Shown in pieces: positions 54,280 to 64,000 of a stretch of DNA of 64,000 bases. A program made the translations under genes and the position numbers. The first letter of the stretch is position 1; every line of letters starts with the position of its first letter. The stretch is from assembly GCA_963749495.1 (NCBI GenBank), contig CAVVMW010000023.1:640001-704000 (forward strand), given 5' to 3'. Source of the stretch: an uncultured bacterium. Its GTDB lineage: Bacteria > Verrucomicrobiota > Verrucomicrobiia > Limisphaerales > UBA8199. The notes beneath the pieces are model-generated. The model saw nothing but the letters and a program-made list of their open reading frames with translations. It was not told where the DNA came from and made no database searches.

Positions 54280-57167
54280 CTACGGGGACTGCACGCGGAA
54301 GAAGCCCTGGGCGCCGGCAATGGAGTTGGTGAGGGTCTGCACCGAGCCGTCGCCGGTGAGCGAGTAGAGTGTGGTCCAGACGGGATTGGCGAGGTTGTCG
54401 GTATATTGGACCGAGTAGTTTTGGCCCGCGGCAGTCTGGAAGGCAAAGGTGAAGCTGCCGCCGCTGCGCTGGGGGTTGACCAGCGCCGGGACCGCCGCCG
54501 AGGCAGAAACACAACAGGCATAAGAGCCGTCAATGAGGGACACGCTGTCAATGTACCAGCCGCCGCCGCCGCCATAGTCGTTGCCCGTATCGGTGCCGAA
54601 CTCCCATTCGAAGGCGACGCTTTGGCCGGCGGCAGCGGCCGGCAGATTGACGGTGGTGGTGATAAAGCCGCCGCTGGTGCCGGTCCATACGGCCTGGCCG
54701 CCCAAGGGATTGTCATCCGTCGGATCGATGGTCCCGGTATAGCCTCCGGTGGCGAAGCTGCCGCCGGCAGCCAGGATGTCCGTAAAGGCGCCATTGCCAA
54801 TCTGGATGAGGAGATGGCCGCCATCATAGCCGACGGTCGAATCGTAAGGGCTGGTTTCGAGATCGTAATGATTTCTGAAGGAGAGCTGGGCGGAGGCTGA
54901 GTTGATCGGGATGGTCGGCGAGACCAGCTCGCCCAGGCCCGGGAACGGGGCTCCGCTTCGTAGGCGGAGTTCGGAGCGGTGTCGCTCAAGGCGGTGGATG
55001 TGACCCAGTTGGAGCCGCCGCCGCTGGCCGCACTGTTCCAGCCCGCGGGCAAGGCGGGGGCGGTGACGTCGTCAAAACCCTGGGCAAAGACGGTCGAGGG
55101 CGAGAACAGGCCCAGCGGCATCGAGTAACTGACCGTGCCGAGGCTTGTCGCGCCGTCCTGGAGTTGAAGCAGGGGTGCGATGGCCGAGCCGCAGGCGCCG
55201 TTGGCGATGAAAGTAAACGACTGGTTGAGGGTCTGGCCGCCGGCAGGGACCAGCCCATAGCTTTGCGGGGCGCTGACGACAGTCACGCCGTTGGTGGACA
55301 GGAGCGTGGCAACGAGGTTGGTCGTATCGCCCAAGCCGATGTTGCGCAGGCCGAAACTCACGGTCACGGTTTCGCCGGGGTTAACCGCGCCGTTGGTGGG
55401 CAGGCAGCTCTCGGCCACCAGCGCCCAGCCGTCGGCAACAACGTTCGGGGGATAGGCCGGGGCGACCAGGGCGTTGATGAGGTTGCTCCCGGTGGGCGTG
55501 CCCCAGCCGGTGCACAAGTCGTAGCCGGCGACAGCGTAGAACTTGTTGGGGCTGGACCTGCTCGTGTTGTTGCCGGTGACGATGTCATGGAATGCGCTCG
55601 CGTATTGGGGCCCCGTGCCAATGGCGTAGAGGGCAGGGTTGAGAAAGCCGACGGGCGGTTTGCCGCTGGCGGCTGCCTGCTGGTTGATCAGGGCCGCGAA
55701 CCCCGCCCACAGTGGTGTGGCGCAACTGGTGCCCCCGGTCCCCGGATAGCTCTTCCCGTTGTCGGCTATCGAGAAAACGTTGTCCGCCACCATGGCCACG
55801 TCGGGGATATTGCGCGAGGTGGTTGAGCCTTGGTTGGCCGCCATGCTGACGCCCTGCTGCCAGGAGGGGATGCCGTAGGTGGTGCTGATGCCGCCGCCGC
55901 TGCCTGTGCCGCTGCCCCAGTTCCAGACCGTCTCCGCAAGCCAAGCCCCGCCCGCACCGCTGGTCGTCACGGTGGTTCCCCCCACGATCGTCGCGTAAGG
56001 GTTGTCCGCCGGGGGATCGATCGGCCCGGTCCACGCGTTGGAGTCACCCGAGGCATTGAAAAAGGATTGCCCCTGGGCGGCAATCTCCTGGAGGATTTGG
56101 GACGTGTTGCCGTCGGTAGCAAGTGACCAGGTCCAGGACGAGCTGAGCTGCTTGGCCTGGTTGTCCGTGGCCATCCGGTTGAGAATATCGTTGCCGCTGC
56201 CCATCGGTCCGGCCTCATAAACGATGACCTTCGAGAGGCCGGGCGCCATCGAGATAACCATCTGGATGTCGAGGGCCACCTCGCCGTTTCCGCTGTTGTG
56301 GCCGGGGGTGGGCACCCCGTTGAACCCGTCCAGCTTCACGATCTGCACCGGCACGTTGGGCAGGTTGGCCCGCGTTTCGTAGCTGGTGATGTCCCCCGCA
56401 TAGAAACCGTCGAATTCGAGCAGGCCGACGGCCTGGCCGGTGCCGTCCAGGGAGACCCCGGGCGCGTAAGCAGCCCTGAAGTCCCGGCCCATGTAGGAGC
56501 CGCTCGGTCCCGAGCCCACGTTGGCCTTGGGGCGCGAAGGAGCCGCGCTCTGCCGCAGCATCGCCGGGCGCGGCAGCCGATAGTTGTTCAGGCCGCCAAT
56601 GTGCAACACGGGCACGGCCAGGTCCAGCGACGGCTCGGTGTCCGGCGCGTAAAAGGTGCGCGCCTCCTCGGGGTGGGGATAGACCTTGAGCGAGACATGG
56701 AAGGTCCGCTCGATAGCGGCGACGGCCCCGTTGACGTCGAGCAACAGACGGTTGGGATGCCGGGCTGTCACCGTCAAGCCGTTGGTGCTCATGAAGGCGG
56801 CCAGGGCCTCGTAGTCCTGCTCCGACGGGCCGAACCTGGCGGTGAAATCCTCGGGAGTAAGGTAATGGCGGAAGCTCGGACTGGCCGGGTCATACAGCGC
56901 CTTCAAAACGTTGGTCAGTGCCTCGCGATTGCGCAAAGGCAGTCCTATAGCCAGGTCCAGGCTCCGGGCCGGGTGAAGCCGCTCGAGCGGTTGCACCCGT
57001 CCAACGGCGGGCGGGACGTGGCCCTGCAAGGTTTGGCGCTCGGCGCGCGCAACGGGCGTCAACAATAGAACCAGAAACAGAGACAGACAGGCAACGGGCG
57101 CCATCACGGGCAGCCCCTTGAAGTTGAGCGGCTGGCCAGCCGCCCTTACGAAGGTTTTCTCGAGCAT
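54280..57167 (-). CDS. S53 (sedolisin/kumamolisin) serine peptidase with prodomain, accessory domains and C-terminal FFR-type domain (frameshift near 54948)
   Basis: EVALD, ASGDS, GGTSCATP, GYDLCTGWGTP. Confidence 0.9.
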
Positions 57168-57675
57168 AACTCCAGATCGGACACCTCGACTGGGCTTTGA
57201 AAAGCCCCGGACCCCAGGGCCGCCGGCCACTCAAAGATGGGGCGAAATCGCCCATGCAGATCTTCTCTGCCACCAATTCGATCATTCAGAACCATATTCT
57301 GGTTTGACCCATTTTAGCTCAAGCCAGCCTCAAACGCCAACGGAAACAACACGGAAAATTCCTGGCAGGCGCATCCCGACACTGTTCCTTAATCTCAACT
57401 TAAGGTTCACCTTGGTATCTTGTGCGGCATGGGCCAGAGCCTTCGGTCATTGTGGACGGAGTTGCCCCTGCGAGTTACTGGCTGTCTCCAGGGCGGCACC
57501 GGCCGCAAGCCTGCAGCGCATTTGCTCTTGCCCTCCATGTTGCCTGCACTGTATGGCCGGAGCGCGTCCGCTGTCGAGTTGGCGGGCGCGCTCTGTGACC
57601 GGGGGAGCAGCTTTTTTGCGTGTGCCGGGGCCCTTCTCCCGTTACAATGCGGCGCGAAAACCGTGCCACGATACG

Positions 57676-58335
57676 ATGAGAGTTCTGGTTGTGGAAGATG
57701 AGCCGGACCTGCTGCAGAGCCTGATGAAGGCACTGCGGGAGGACGGCTACGCCGTGGACGGCGCGGCCGATGGCACGGATGGCCTTTACAAGGCCCAGAA
57801 CTACGAATACGACGCGGTGGTCCTGGACATCATGTTGCCGGGCATCGACGGCTGGGAGTTGCTGCGGCGCTTGCGCGAGACGCGCGCGACGCCGGTGCTG
57901 ATGCTGACGGCGCGGGACGCGGTGCGGGACCGGGTGCGGGGCCTGGATACGGGGGCCGATGATTACCTGGTCAAGCCGTTCGATCTGGCGGAACTCCTGG
58001 CGCGGCTGCGGGCGCTGATTCGGCGTTCGGCCAGCCTGGCCGATTCCCGCATCGAACTGGGCGAGGTGGTGATCGATACGGCCGCCCGCACCGTCTCCAG
58101 GCAGGGCCAAGCCGTGGCCCTGACGGCCCGCGAATACGCCCTGGTCGAGTTCCTGGCCCTGCACCGGGGCAAAGTGATCACGCGGACCATGCTTTACGAC
58201 CACCTCTTCGACGAGAACGACAGCACGCTCTCCAACTTGCTCGACGTGCACGTCTCGAATGTCCGCAAGAAGCTGGGCTACGACTTCATCTCGACGCGGC
58301 GCGGGCACGGCTACTGCATCGAGTGCCGGCCATGA
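57676..58335 (+). CDS. OmpR-family response regulator
   Basis: MRVLVVEDE, LDIMLP, GADDYLVKPF, TRRGHGY. Confidence 0.95.
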   Translation: MRVLVVEDEPDLLQSLMKALREDGYAVDGAADGTDGLYKAQNYEYDAVVLDIMLPGIDGWELLRRLRETRATPVLMLTARDAVRDRVRGLDTGADDYLVKPFDLAELLARLRALIRRSASLADSRIELGEVVIDTAARTVSRQGQAVALTAREYALVEFLALHRGKVITRTMLYDHLFDENDSTLSNLLDVHVSNVRKKLGYDFISTRRGHGYCIECRP

Positions 58336-60017
58336 TCTTCAACTCGATTCGCTGGCGGCTGCAGGCCTGGCACGGGCTGATTCTGGTAACGGTGCTCACG
58401 GGCTTTGGGCTGACCGCCTACCACGTCGCGCGCGAGAACCAATTGCGCAGGATTGACCAGGAGGAGTTGGGACCGCGCCTGATGCTTCCCATCTTCCGGC
58501 CGGGACCGCCCAAGCCGCCCCCGGAGGGGGGGCCGGGCCAGGTGGGGGACCGGGGGCCGCGCCAGCCGCCGGAGCGCGGGCCGGGCCAGCCGCCCAACGA
58601 CCGGGCCGGCGATGGCCGCCGCCGCTTCGGCCCGCCGGAGTTCCGGGCCCGGCTCCTGGAGGCCATTGCAAGGGCCGGCTCGACCGAGGGCGGCCAGACC
58701 AACAGGTTCTATTACGTGCTGTGGGATGAGACGGGCTCGGTGCTGGCGCGGTCAACCAATGCCCCCAACGACGTGCCGCGGCCGGAGGGCCTCGCGCCAC
58801 CTGGCCCCAAGGCGTCCTCGGCCAACGAGACGCCGGGCCAGCCCTCGCGCCCGCGACCCTCGACCCTCGACCCTCAGCCCTCGACCCTCGACCCTCGACC
58901 CTCGACCCTCGACCCTCGACCCTCGACCCCTCCCAAGCAGGCGCTGGGCCAGCCCTCACGCCCTGGGCCTCCCGGTCCGCCGATGCCCCGGCGCGGCCGC
59001 ACGCGCGGGGAGCGCCGCGAGGTGTCTCAGGTCATGCCGGGCGGGGAGACGCTCCTGGTGGGCCGCTCGATCGCGCCGGAGTTCAGGGACATGCGGCGCC
59101 TGGCGCTCTGGTTGACGGTGGCCGGGGCCGGGGTCTTGCTCCTGGGCCTGGCAGGCGGTTGGTGGCTGGCGAGCCGCGCCATCCGTCCGATCGAGGACAT
59201 CGGGGCCACCGCCCTGAAGATCGCCGCCGGCGATCTCTCACAACGCATCGATGCCGCGGACACCGATAGCGAATTGGGCCGCCTGGCCGGCGTGCTCAAC
59301 TCCACCTTTGGCCGCCTGGAGGCCGCCTTCGCCCACCAGTCCCGGTTCACCTCGGATGCCTCGCACGAACTGCGCACCCCCGTCTCGGTCATCCTCTCCC
59401 AAACCCAGACCGCCCTGACCCGCGAGCGCAGCGCCGCCGAATACCGCGACGCCCTCCAGGCCTGCCAGCGCGCCGCCCAGCGCATGCGCAAACTCACCGA
59501 GTCGTTGCTCGAACTGGCCCGCCTGGATGCCGGCCAGGAACCCATGCGCCGCGAACCCTTCGACCTGGCCCGCGTCACCCGCGAGTGTGTCGAGATGGTC
59601 CGGCCACTGGCGGCCGAACGGGGCGTCCAACTCCACTGCGAACTGGACCCCGTCCAGTGCCCCGGCAACGCCGAGCGCATCAGCCAGGTCGCCACCAATC
59701 TCCTGAGCAACGCCATCTGCTTCAACCGCCCGGGGGGCGAGGTCCGCATCTCCACTCGCCCCGAAGACGGCCACGCGGTCCTCATCGTCGCCGATACGGG
59801 CCAGGGCATCCCGGCCGAAGATTTGCCCCATATTTTCGAGCGCTTTTACCGCGTTGACAAGGCCCGCTCCGGCACCCAGGGCCGAACTGGCCTGGGCCTG
59901 GCCATTTCCAAGGCCATCATCGATGCCCACAGCGGCGTGATCGAGGTCTCCAGCCAACCCGACGCCGGCAGCGCCTTCACCGTGAAACTGCCCCTGGCCG
60001 AGGCGGGCGCAGGGTAG
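58332..60017 (+). CDS. HAMP-domain sensor histidine kinase
   Basis: Two TMs; SHELRTP, NLLSNA, DTGQGI, FERFYR, GLGL; ATGA overlap with the response regulator. Confidence 0.95.
   Translation: MIFNSIRWRLQAWHGLILVTVLTGFGLTAYHVARENQLRRIDQEELGPRLMLPIFRPGPPKPPPEGGPGQVGDRGPRQPPERGPGQPPNDRAGDGRRRFGPPEFRARLLEAIARAGSTEGGQTNRFYYVLWDETGSVLARSTNAPNDVPRPEGLAPPGPKASSANETPGQPSRPRPSTLDPQPSTLDPRPSTLDPRPSTPPKQALGQPSRPGPPGPPMPRRGRTRGERREVSQVMPGGETLLVGRSIAPEFRDMRRLALWLTVAGAGVLLLGLAGGWWLASRAIRPIEDIGATALKIAAGDLSQRIDAADTDSELGRLAGVLNSTFGRLEAAFAHQSRFTSDASHELRTPVSVILSQTQTALTRERSAAEYRDALQACQRAAQRMRKLTESLLELARLDAGQEPMRREPFDLARVTRECVEMVRPLAAERGVQLHCELDPVQCPGNAERISQVATNLLSNAICFNRPGGEVRISTRPEDGHAVLIVADTGQGIPAEDLPHIFERFYRVDKARSGTQGRTGLGLAISKAIIDAHSGVIEVSSQPDAGSAFTVKLPLAEAGAG
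58853..58929. repeat. In-frame heptamer tandem repeat (CCCTCGA) x~10 in the kinase sensor region
   Basis: Encodes (PSTLDPR)n. Confidence 0.92.
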
Positions 60018-60070
60018 GGGGCTGACAAGTACGGCTTGCCATGGGGAACGACACGCGTAATGTTGAGGCC

Positions 60071-60376
60071 GTGAGCACATCCGAAATCAAGGCCAGTATA
60101 GACCAGATGACCGAGGAGGAACGCTTCTTCGCGGCCGCATATCTGCAGCACCTTGCGCAAGAGCGCAATCCCGCCTATCAAGCCCTGTTAGCCGAACGGA
60201 TGAGGCGCATGGATGCCGGTCAGAAGGTGACACTGGATCAGGCGCAGCGGATACATCACGCCTTGGAGGCCGAGGGGTCTGATGGACCATTGGAAGATCG
60301 TGCTCGACGAGGATGTGTTTCAGTTCTTTGTCTCAAGCCGGCCGAAGGAACGACGCACATTGATGGCGGCCTTTGA
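60071..60376 (+). CDS. Probable antitoxin / addiction-module protein (true stop probably TGA 60280-60282 if one base is missing)
   Basis: Short helical ORF; TGATG overlap with the downstream toxin-like gene. Confidence 0.55.
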   Translation: MSTSEIKASIDQMTEEERFFAAAYLQHLAQERNPAYQALLAERMRRMDAGQKVTLDQAQRIHHALEAEGSDGPLEDRARRGCVSVLCLKPAEGTTHIDGGL

Positions 60377-60539
60377 GGCACTCCGCTCCAATCCGCGCCG
60401 ACAAGCGGACTACTTTGTCCGAGACCCCACAGGCCGTTCCCTGAGCGTCTGGGCCTGCCGGCCCTTTCTGATAACTTATTGGCTTGACGCGCTGGTTTGG
60501 GAAATCCGCCTCGTCAACCTGCAACGCGTTTCTTTCTGA
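60282..60539 (+). CDS. RelE/ParE-like toxin
   Basis: 85 aa; WKIVL...LRSNP...FLITYWLD...EIRLV pattern. Confidence 0.55.
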   Translation: MDHWKIVLDEDVFQFFVSSRPKERRTLMAAFEALRSNPRRQADYFVRDPTGRSLSVWACRPFLITYWLDALVWEIRLVNLQRVSF

Positions 60540-61087
60540 AGAACCTTGCGAGGTTGTTCCTCGAGAGTTCGATGCAGCGGTGTCCTTGCATCCCGGAGGG
60601 ATGCCAGCAGGGGATTTTTCCGCCGAAGCCGTTCTCCTGACCGGCTGGTCTAGGGGGCGGGGGGGTATGGACCTGCTACAGTGTTACAAGGCCCATGGAA
60701 CCGGGGGATTTTTGAGGTCGGACCCGCAACACCACCTGCAACAACGCGCTACGGCGCCGGTAAAACCGGGGAATTCTTGCGGGCACTATTTTTGTTTGAC
60801 ACGGTGGAAGTCAATATCAACTCGGCAAAATCGAGCTTCGGATAGAGGGGGAGGTGGGCCGGGCGCACGTGAAGGGGTCTCAGTTTAGGAGGCAGAAACA
60901 GCCTCGTACGATCCCACTGCGGCAAGCGCCGTCGACCTGACCAAAAAGACCATCCCGCCGGCGCGGTCGCAACGCCACGATGCCAGCGCGGCAATTTGGC
61001 TGCAAAATACGACGGCACCGCGGCAATCCGGCAAAAAGCCTACGACGGCACTTCGGCAAAAGGTACGATGGGAAAAAAGTTCGTAAC

Positions 61088-61176
61088 ACATCACGGAAGA
61101 TGTCTTGGCGTTCATTGCCGCCGGCGGTGACGTCATACCGCCCGCCCGCTCGTTCGATGCGCAACGCGCGTGCCAT
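61088..61176 (-). pseudogene. N-terminal fragment of a REP-associated tyrosine (Y1/RAYT) transposase
   Basis: MARALRIERAGGRYDVTAGGNERQDIFRD resembles MARPLRIE....YHVTARGNER..IF; similarity ends there. Confidence 0.72.
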
Positions 61177-61546
61177 GGGCCAATGGAATCATCCCGGAAT
61201 CCCGGCGTCAAGTGCCAATTTTCCAAATGACAAGACATGACCCCAATGGTCATCAGCTGAACGCCGGTCGGCGCAAGGCCATACGGTCCAGAACTTCGAT
61301 TTCCGTCAATTGGCCGGCGTCAGGTTGATGCCGGGGTTGGACGGCTCTCGCGCCCGTCTCGCTTGCGACACGTCGGGGTTGAAAGCCGTTTCCGGATACG
61401 CCAGTTAGCAACCGATCCCCTCCTGCCGGAGCATGGCATTCCTCCAAAGTAGCGTGTCCAACCCGAACGAAACAATTCGCTTGACCCGTGAACTTGCCTG
61501 ATGCATCAAACGTATTTGAAACAGCGGAACTGTGCTAAGTCCACAA

Positions 61547-63298
61547 ATGAGAGCATTAAACATCGAGGCGATGCACGACATGGCGAAGAAGCGGCACGGC
61601 AAGTGCCTCAGCCGCGTTTATGTAAAGAGCGCCGCTAAATTGCTCTGGTGTTGCCGCAATGGTCATAAGTGGCGGGCATCACCGAACTCAATTCGGCAGG
61701 GTAGTTGGTGTCCAAGATGCGTTGGCCAGGGTAAAACCATCCTCGACATGCGAGGTGCCGCTCGCCGGCGAAATGGGAAATGCCTTTCCAACCGTTACAA
61801 GGGCGCTTTCGTCAAACTGCAATGGCAGTGTTCTAAGGGGCATGTATTTAGCGCCGCGCCGACTCACGTGCTCAACCATGGAAGCTGGTGTCCTCAATGT
61901 TACTTAGGCTCAAAGCGGTTAAGCCTGAAACAGCGGCAAAGAAAACTATTGGAAATGAACCATCTGGCTCGTTCAAGAAACGGCTGGTGCCTGTCAACAG
62001 GGTACGTAAACGGCCAGACACGTCTTCGATGGCGCTGTCGAAATGGCCATGAATGGTTGGCAACAGCTGAGTCCGTCAAGAATGCTGGCACGTGGTGCGC
62101 CACCTGCGGCGCTGGAATTAGTGAGCGAATATGCCGCGCGGTGTCTGAAAGGATGTTGGCGTCGGCTTTCCCCAAGAAAAAGCCTGCATGGTTGCAAAGC
62201 ACAAGACGAACACGCATGGAGCTTGATGGATATTCAGAGGAATTGGGAATCGCCTTCGAATATCAAGGCGTCCAGCATTTTGTAAAGAACTCGCGCTTTC
62301 ATAGGGGAAAAGCCACGCTCGAACGAAGGATGGCTGACGACAGGCGGAAAGCAGCCCTCTGCCGAAAACACGGAATTCTTCTTCTCCAGATTCCATACAC
62401 CGTGCCGCACGCGAAGTTCGAAAAGTTCATCCGGCAGTCGCTAAAGGCGCGTACCACACACCAGCAAACCAACGACATTCTCAACCGAGGTAGGACCAAC
62501 AACATCGATCTTTCAACACTAAATGCCTATTCACCTGCCCGACTGGTTGAGATGCAGGAACTCGCCAAGAAGCATGGTGGACAATGCCTCTCCACAAATT
62601 ATATAAACAACACGACAAAGCTTCGCTGGCGATGCAAAGCCGGACATGTTTGGGAAGCTACACCCGTTTCAATAAAAATGGGAAATTGGTGTCATGAATG
62701 TTCCGGATACCGCCGATACACATTGGCAGACATGAAGGCTCTTGCCCGAAAAAGAGGAGGTGAATGCCTTGCGACGAAATACCACGGAAACAGGACTAAG
62801 ATGTTATGGCGATGTGCAAAGGGACATTCATGGAGCACGACTCCCGGGGGCGTCGTAATGGGAGCGTGGTGCCCCTATTGTGCGAACCGGCCGCCTATAA
62901 CAATCAAGGATGTGCGGGCATTGGCGCGCAGGCGCCGCGGCAAATGCCTCTCCACTCAGTACGCAAACGCGCAAGGGAAACTGCACTTTCAGTGTGCCGA
63001 GGGACACGTATGGAAAACAAGCTGGAACAGGCTCCAACAAGGTATGTGGTGCCCCGTCTGCGGAAAGAGGAAGGCTGGACAAGAGCGGCGTCTCACCATC
63101 AATTTGATGTGTACCATCGCTGGTGGAAAAAAGGGGCTATGTATATCGAAAGAGTATGTTAACAGTGGGGTGAAGCTTCTTTGGCGATGCCAGCATGGTC
63201 ATCAATGGTCGGCCACACCAGCGAATGTCAGGCGTGGGACGTGGTGCCCTGTCTGCGCAGGGCGTAAAGCCCTGTCGGCGGTCAGCCAAATGGGGTGA
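61547..63298 (+). CDS. Zn-ribbon repeat protein with a central PD-(D/E)XK/Vsr-like nuclease domain
   Basis: Seven GxCL...WxCxxGHxW...WCxxC repeats around ELDGY...AFEYQGVQH...DDRRKAALC; more AT-rich than the flanks. Confidence 0.8.
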   Translation: MRALNIEAMHDMAKKRHGKCLSRVYVKSAAKLLWCCRNGHKWRASPNSIRQGSWCPRCVGQGKTILDMRGAARRRNGKCLSNRYKGAFVKLQWQCSKGHVFSAAPTHVLNHGSWCPQCYLGSKRLSLKQRQRKLLEMNHLARSRNGWCLSTGYVNGQTRLRWRCRNGHEWLATAESVKNAGTWCATCGAGISERICRAVSERMLASAFPKKKPAWLQSTRRTRMELDGYSEELGIAFEYQGVQHFVKNSRFHRGKATLERRMADDRRKAALCRKHGILLLQIPYTVPHAKFEKFIRQSLKARTTHQQTNDILNRGRTNNIDLSTLNAYSPARLVEMQELAKKHGGQCLSTNYINNTTKLRWRCKAGHVWEATPVSIKMGNWCHECSGYRRYTLADMKALARKRGGECLATKYHGNRTKMLWRCAKGHSWSTTPGGVVMGAWCPYCANRPPITIKDVRALARRRRGKCLSTQYANAQGKLHFQCAEGHVWKTSWNRLQQGMWCPVCGKRKAGQERRLTINLMCTIAGGKKGLCISKEYVNSGVKLLWRCQHGHQWSATPANVRRGTWCPVCAGRKALSAVSQMG

Positions 63299-63630
63299 CG
63301 TCATTGCGGCGGAGTGCGTGTCCGTCGCTGAGGTGCCGTCGGCCACGCATCCGGATGCCCTCGGTCGCCTCGATAGGGAAGCCCAGCGGCCGGCACTAAT
63401 GGGATTCCGCTCCGGGGGCGGCCAGGGCGTCGGTGTCGAGCGGGGCCGGCAGGCGGCCAGGGTGGTCGCCAGTGCGGACAGGCGAAGGCTTCTCTGTGGA
63501 ATTGAACGGGAACGGCGTTGGCATCGAGACGGTGTTCACCAGCAGTGCGCATGGGCGCCAGGGCCGGGTCACCAGACTGCGGGTCCTCGGCGTTGAGGCG
63601 GGTCCCGTTCGGGGGATGCCACGGATAGGC

Positions 63631-63900
63631 TCACCGTCCGGGCGATTCCTCGAGGAGGCGCGTGTGGGCGATGCCGCCCTGCCAGCCCCGGCGCGCCCAG
63701 CCGGCGGTCAGCTCGATGCCGAACTGCGGCCAGTCGGGCGGGATGGGCAGGGCGCAAAGCTCCACCAGGGCGAACCGGGCCTGCCGCATGTCCTCCTGGC
63801 GGGCCCGGACGAACCACGCGGGGGCCAGCCCGACGAAGACCAGGTTGTGGGCGACCTGCATGGCCTTGTGGAGGAAGGCGCGGAACTGGCAAAAGGGCGA
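63631..63900 (-). pseudogene. Possible C-terminal fragment of a phage-type DNA methyltransferase
   Basis: PFCQFRAFLHKAMQVAHNLVF resembles the sequence following NPP(F/W) in such enzymes; the motif itself is absent. Confidence 0.3.
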
Positions 63901-64000
63901 GTGGCGGGCACCAATTCGGAAGGGCGCTACAGATGCGGCCAGCCGGGAGAATTGAGGGGTGGGCTGTTCCGCTCCAGCTTGGCCGTGATGCCAAGATTGT

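Noticed and set aside
57118..57675. N-terminal extension of the response regulator ORF
   Set aside because: The receiver domain starts at 57676; the upstream part is a divergent intergenic region.
60907..61059. Mini-CRISPR interpretation of the 19-bp repeats
   Set aside because: The repeats are too degenerate, the gaps of 13-14 bp are too short for spacers, and there are no cas genes.

Overview
This is a high-GC bacterial window, most likely Verrucomicrobiota subdivision 3 (Pedosphaera-like); the taxonomy is inferred from gene content. Bases 1-25259 form one minus-strand run: exosortase, EpsI, polyprenyl-phosphate sugar transferase, UDP-glucuronate decarboxylase, an Akkermansia Amuc_1098-1101-like pilus/secretin operon, then four large secreted proteins. 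Two of those four share a ~330-aa C-terminal domain, and the secreted proteins are strongly enriched in Thr-Asn dipeptides. Bases 23.4-33.6 kb hold an inverted duplication of a [GT-C-like membrane protein, exosortase, epsI] block with reciprocal in-frame deletions at microhomologies, flanking decayed genes and an ISKra4-like fragment. The rest contains a radical SAM gene, methyltransferases, ispA, an RCC1-repeat protein, M36 and S53 peptidases, a TPR protein, an AAA ATPase, a broken porin, a POT transporter, amt-glnK, a two-component system, toxin-antitoxin remnants, a RAYT fragment and a lower-GC Zn-ribbon-repeat nuclease. REP-like palindromes and heptamer tandem repeats are abundant. About a dozen single-base frameshifts, many in homopolymers, look like long-read errors. 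I saw no rRNA, tRNA or CRISPR array. All family calls come from motif recognition by eye, not database searches.
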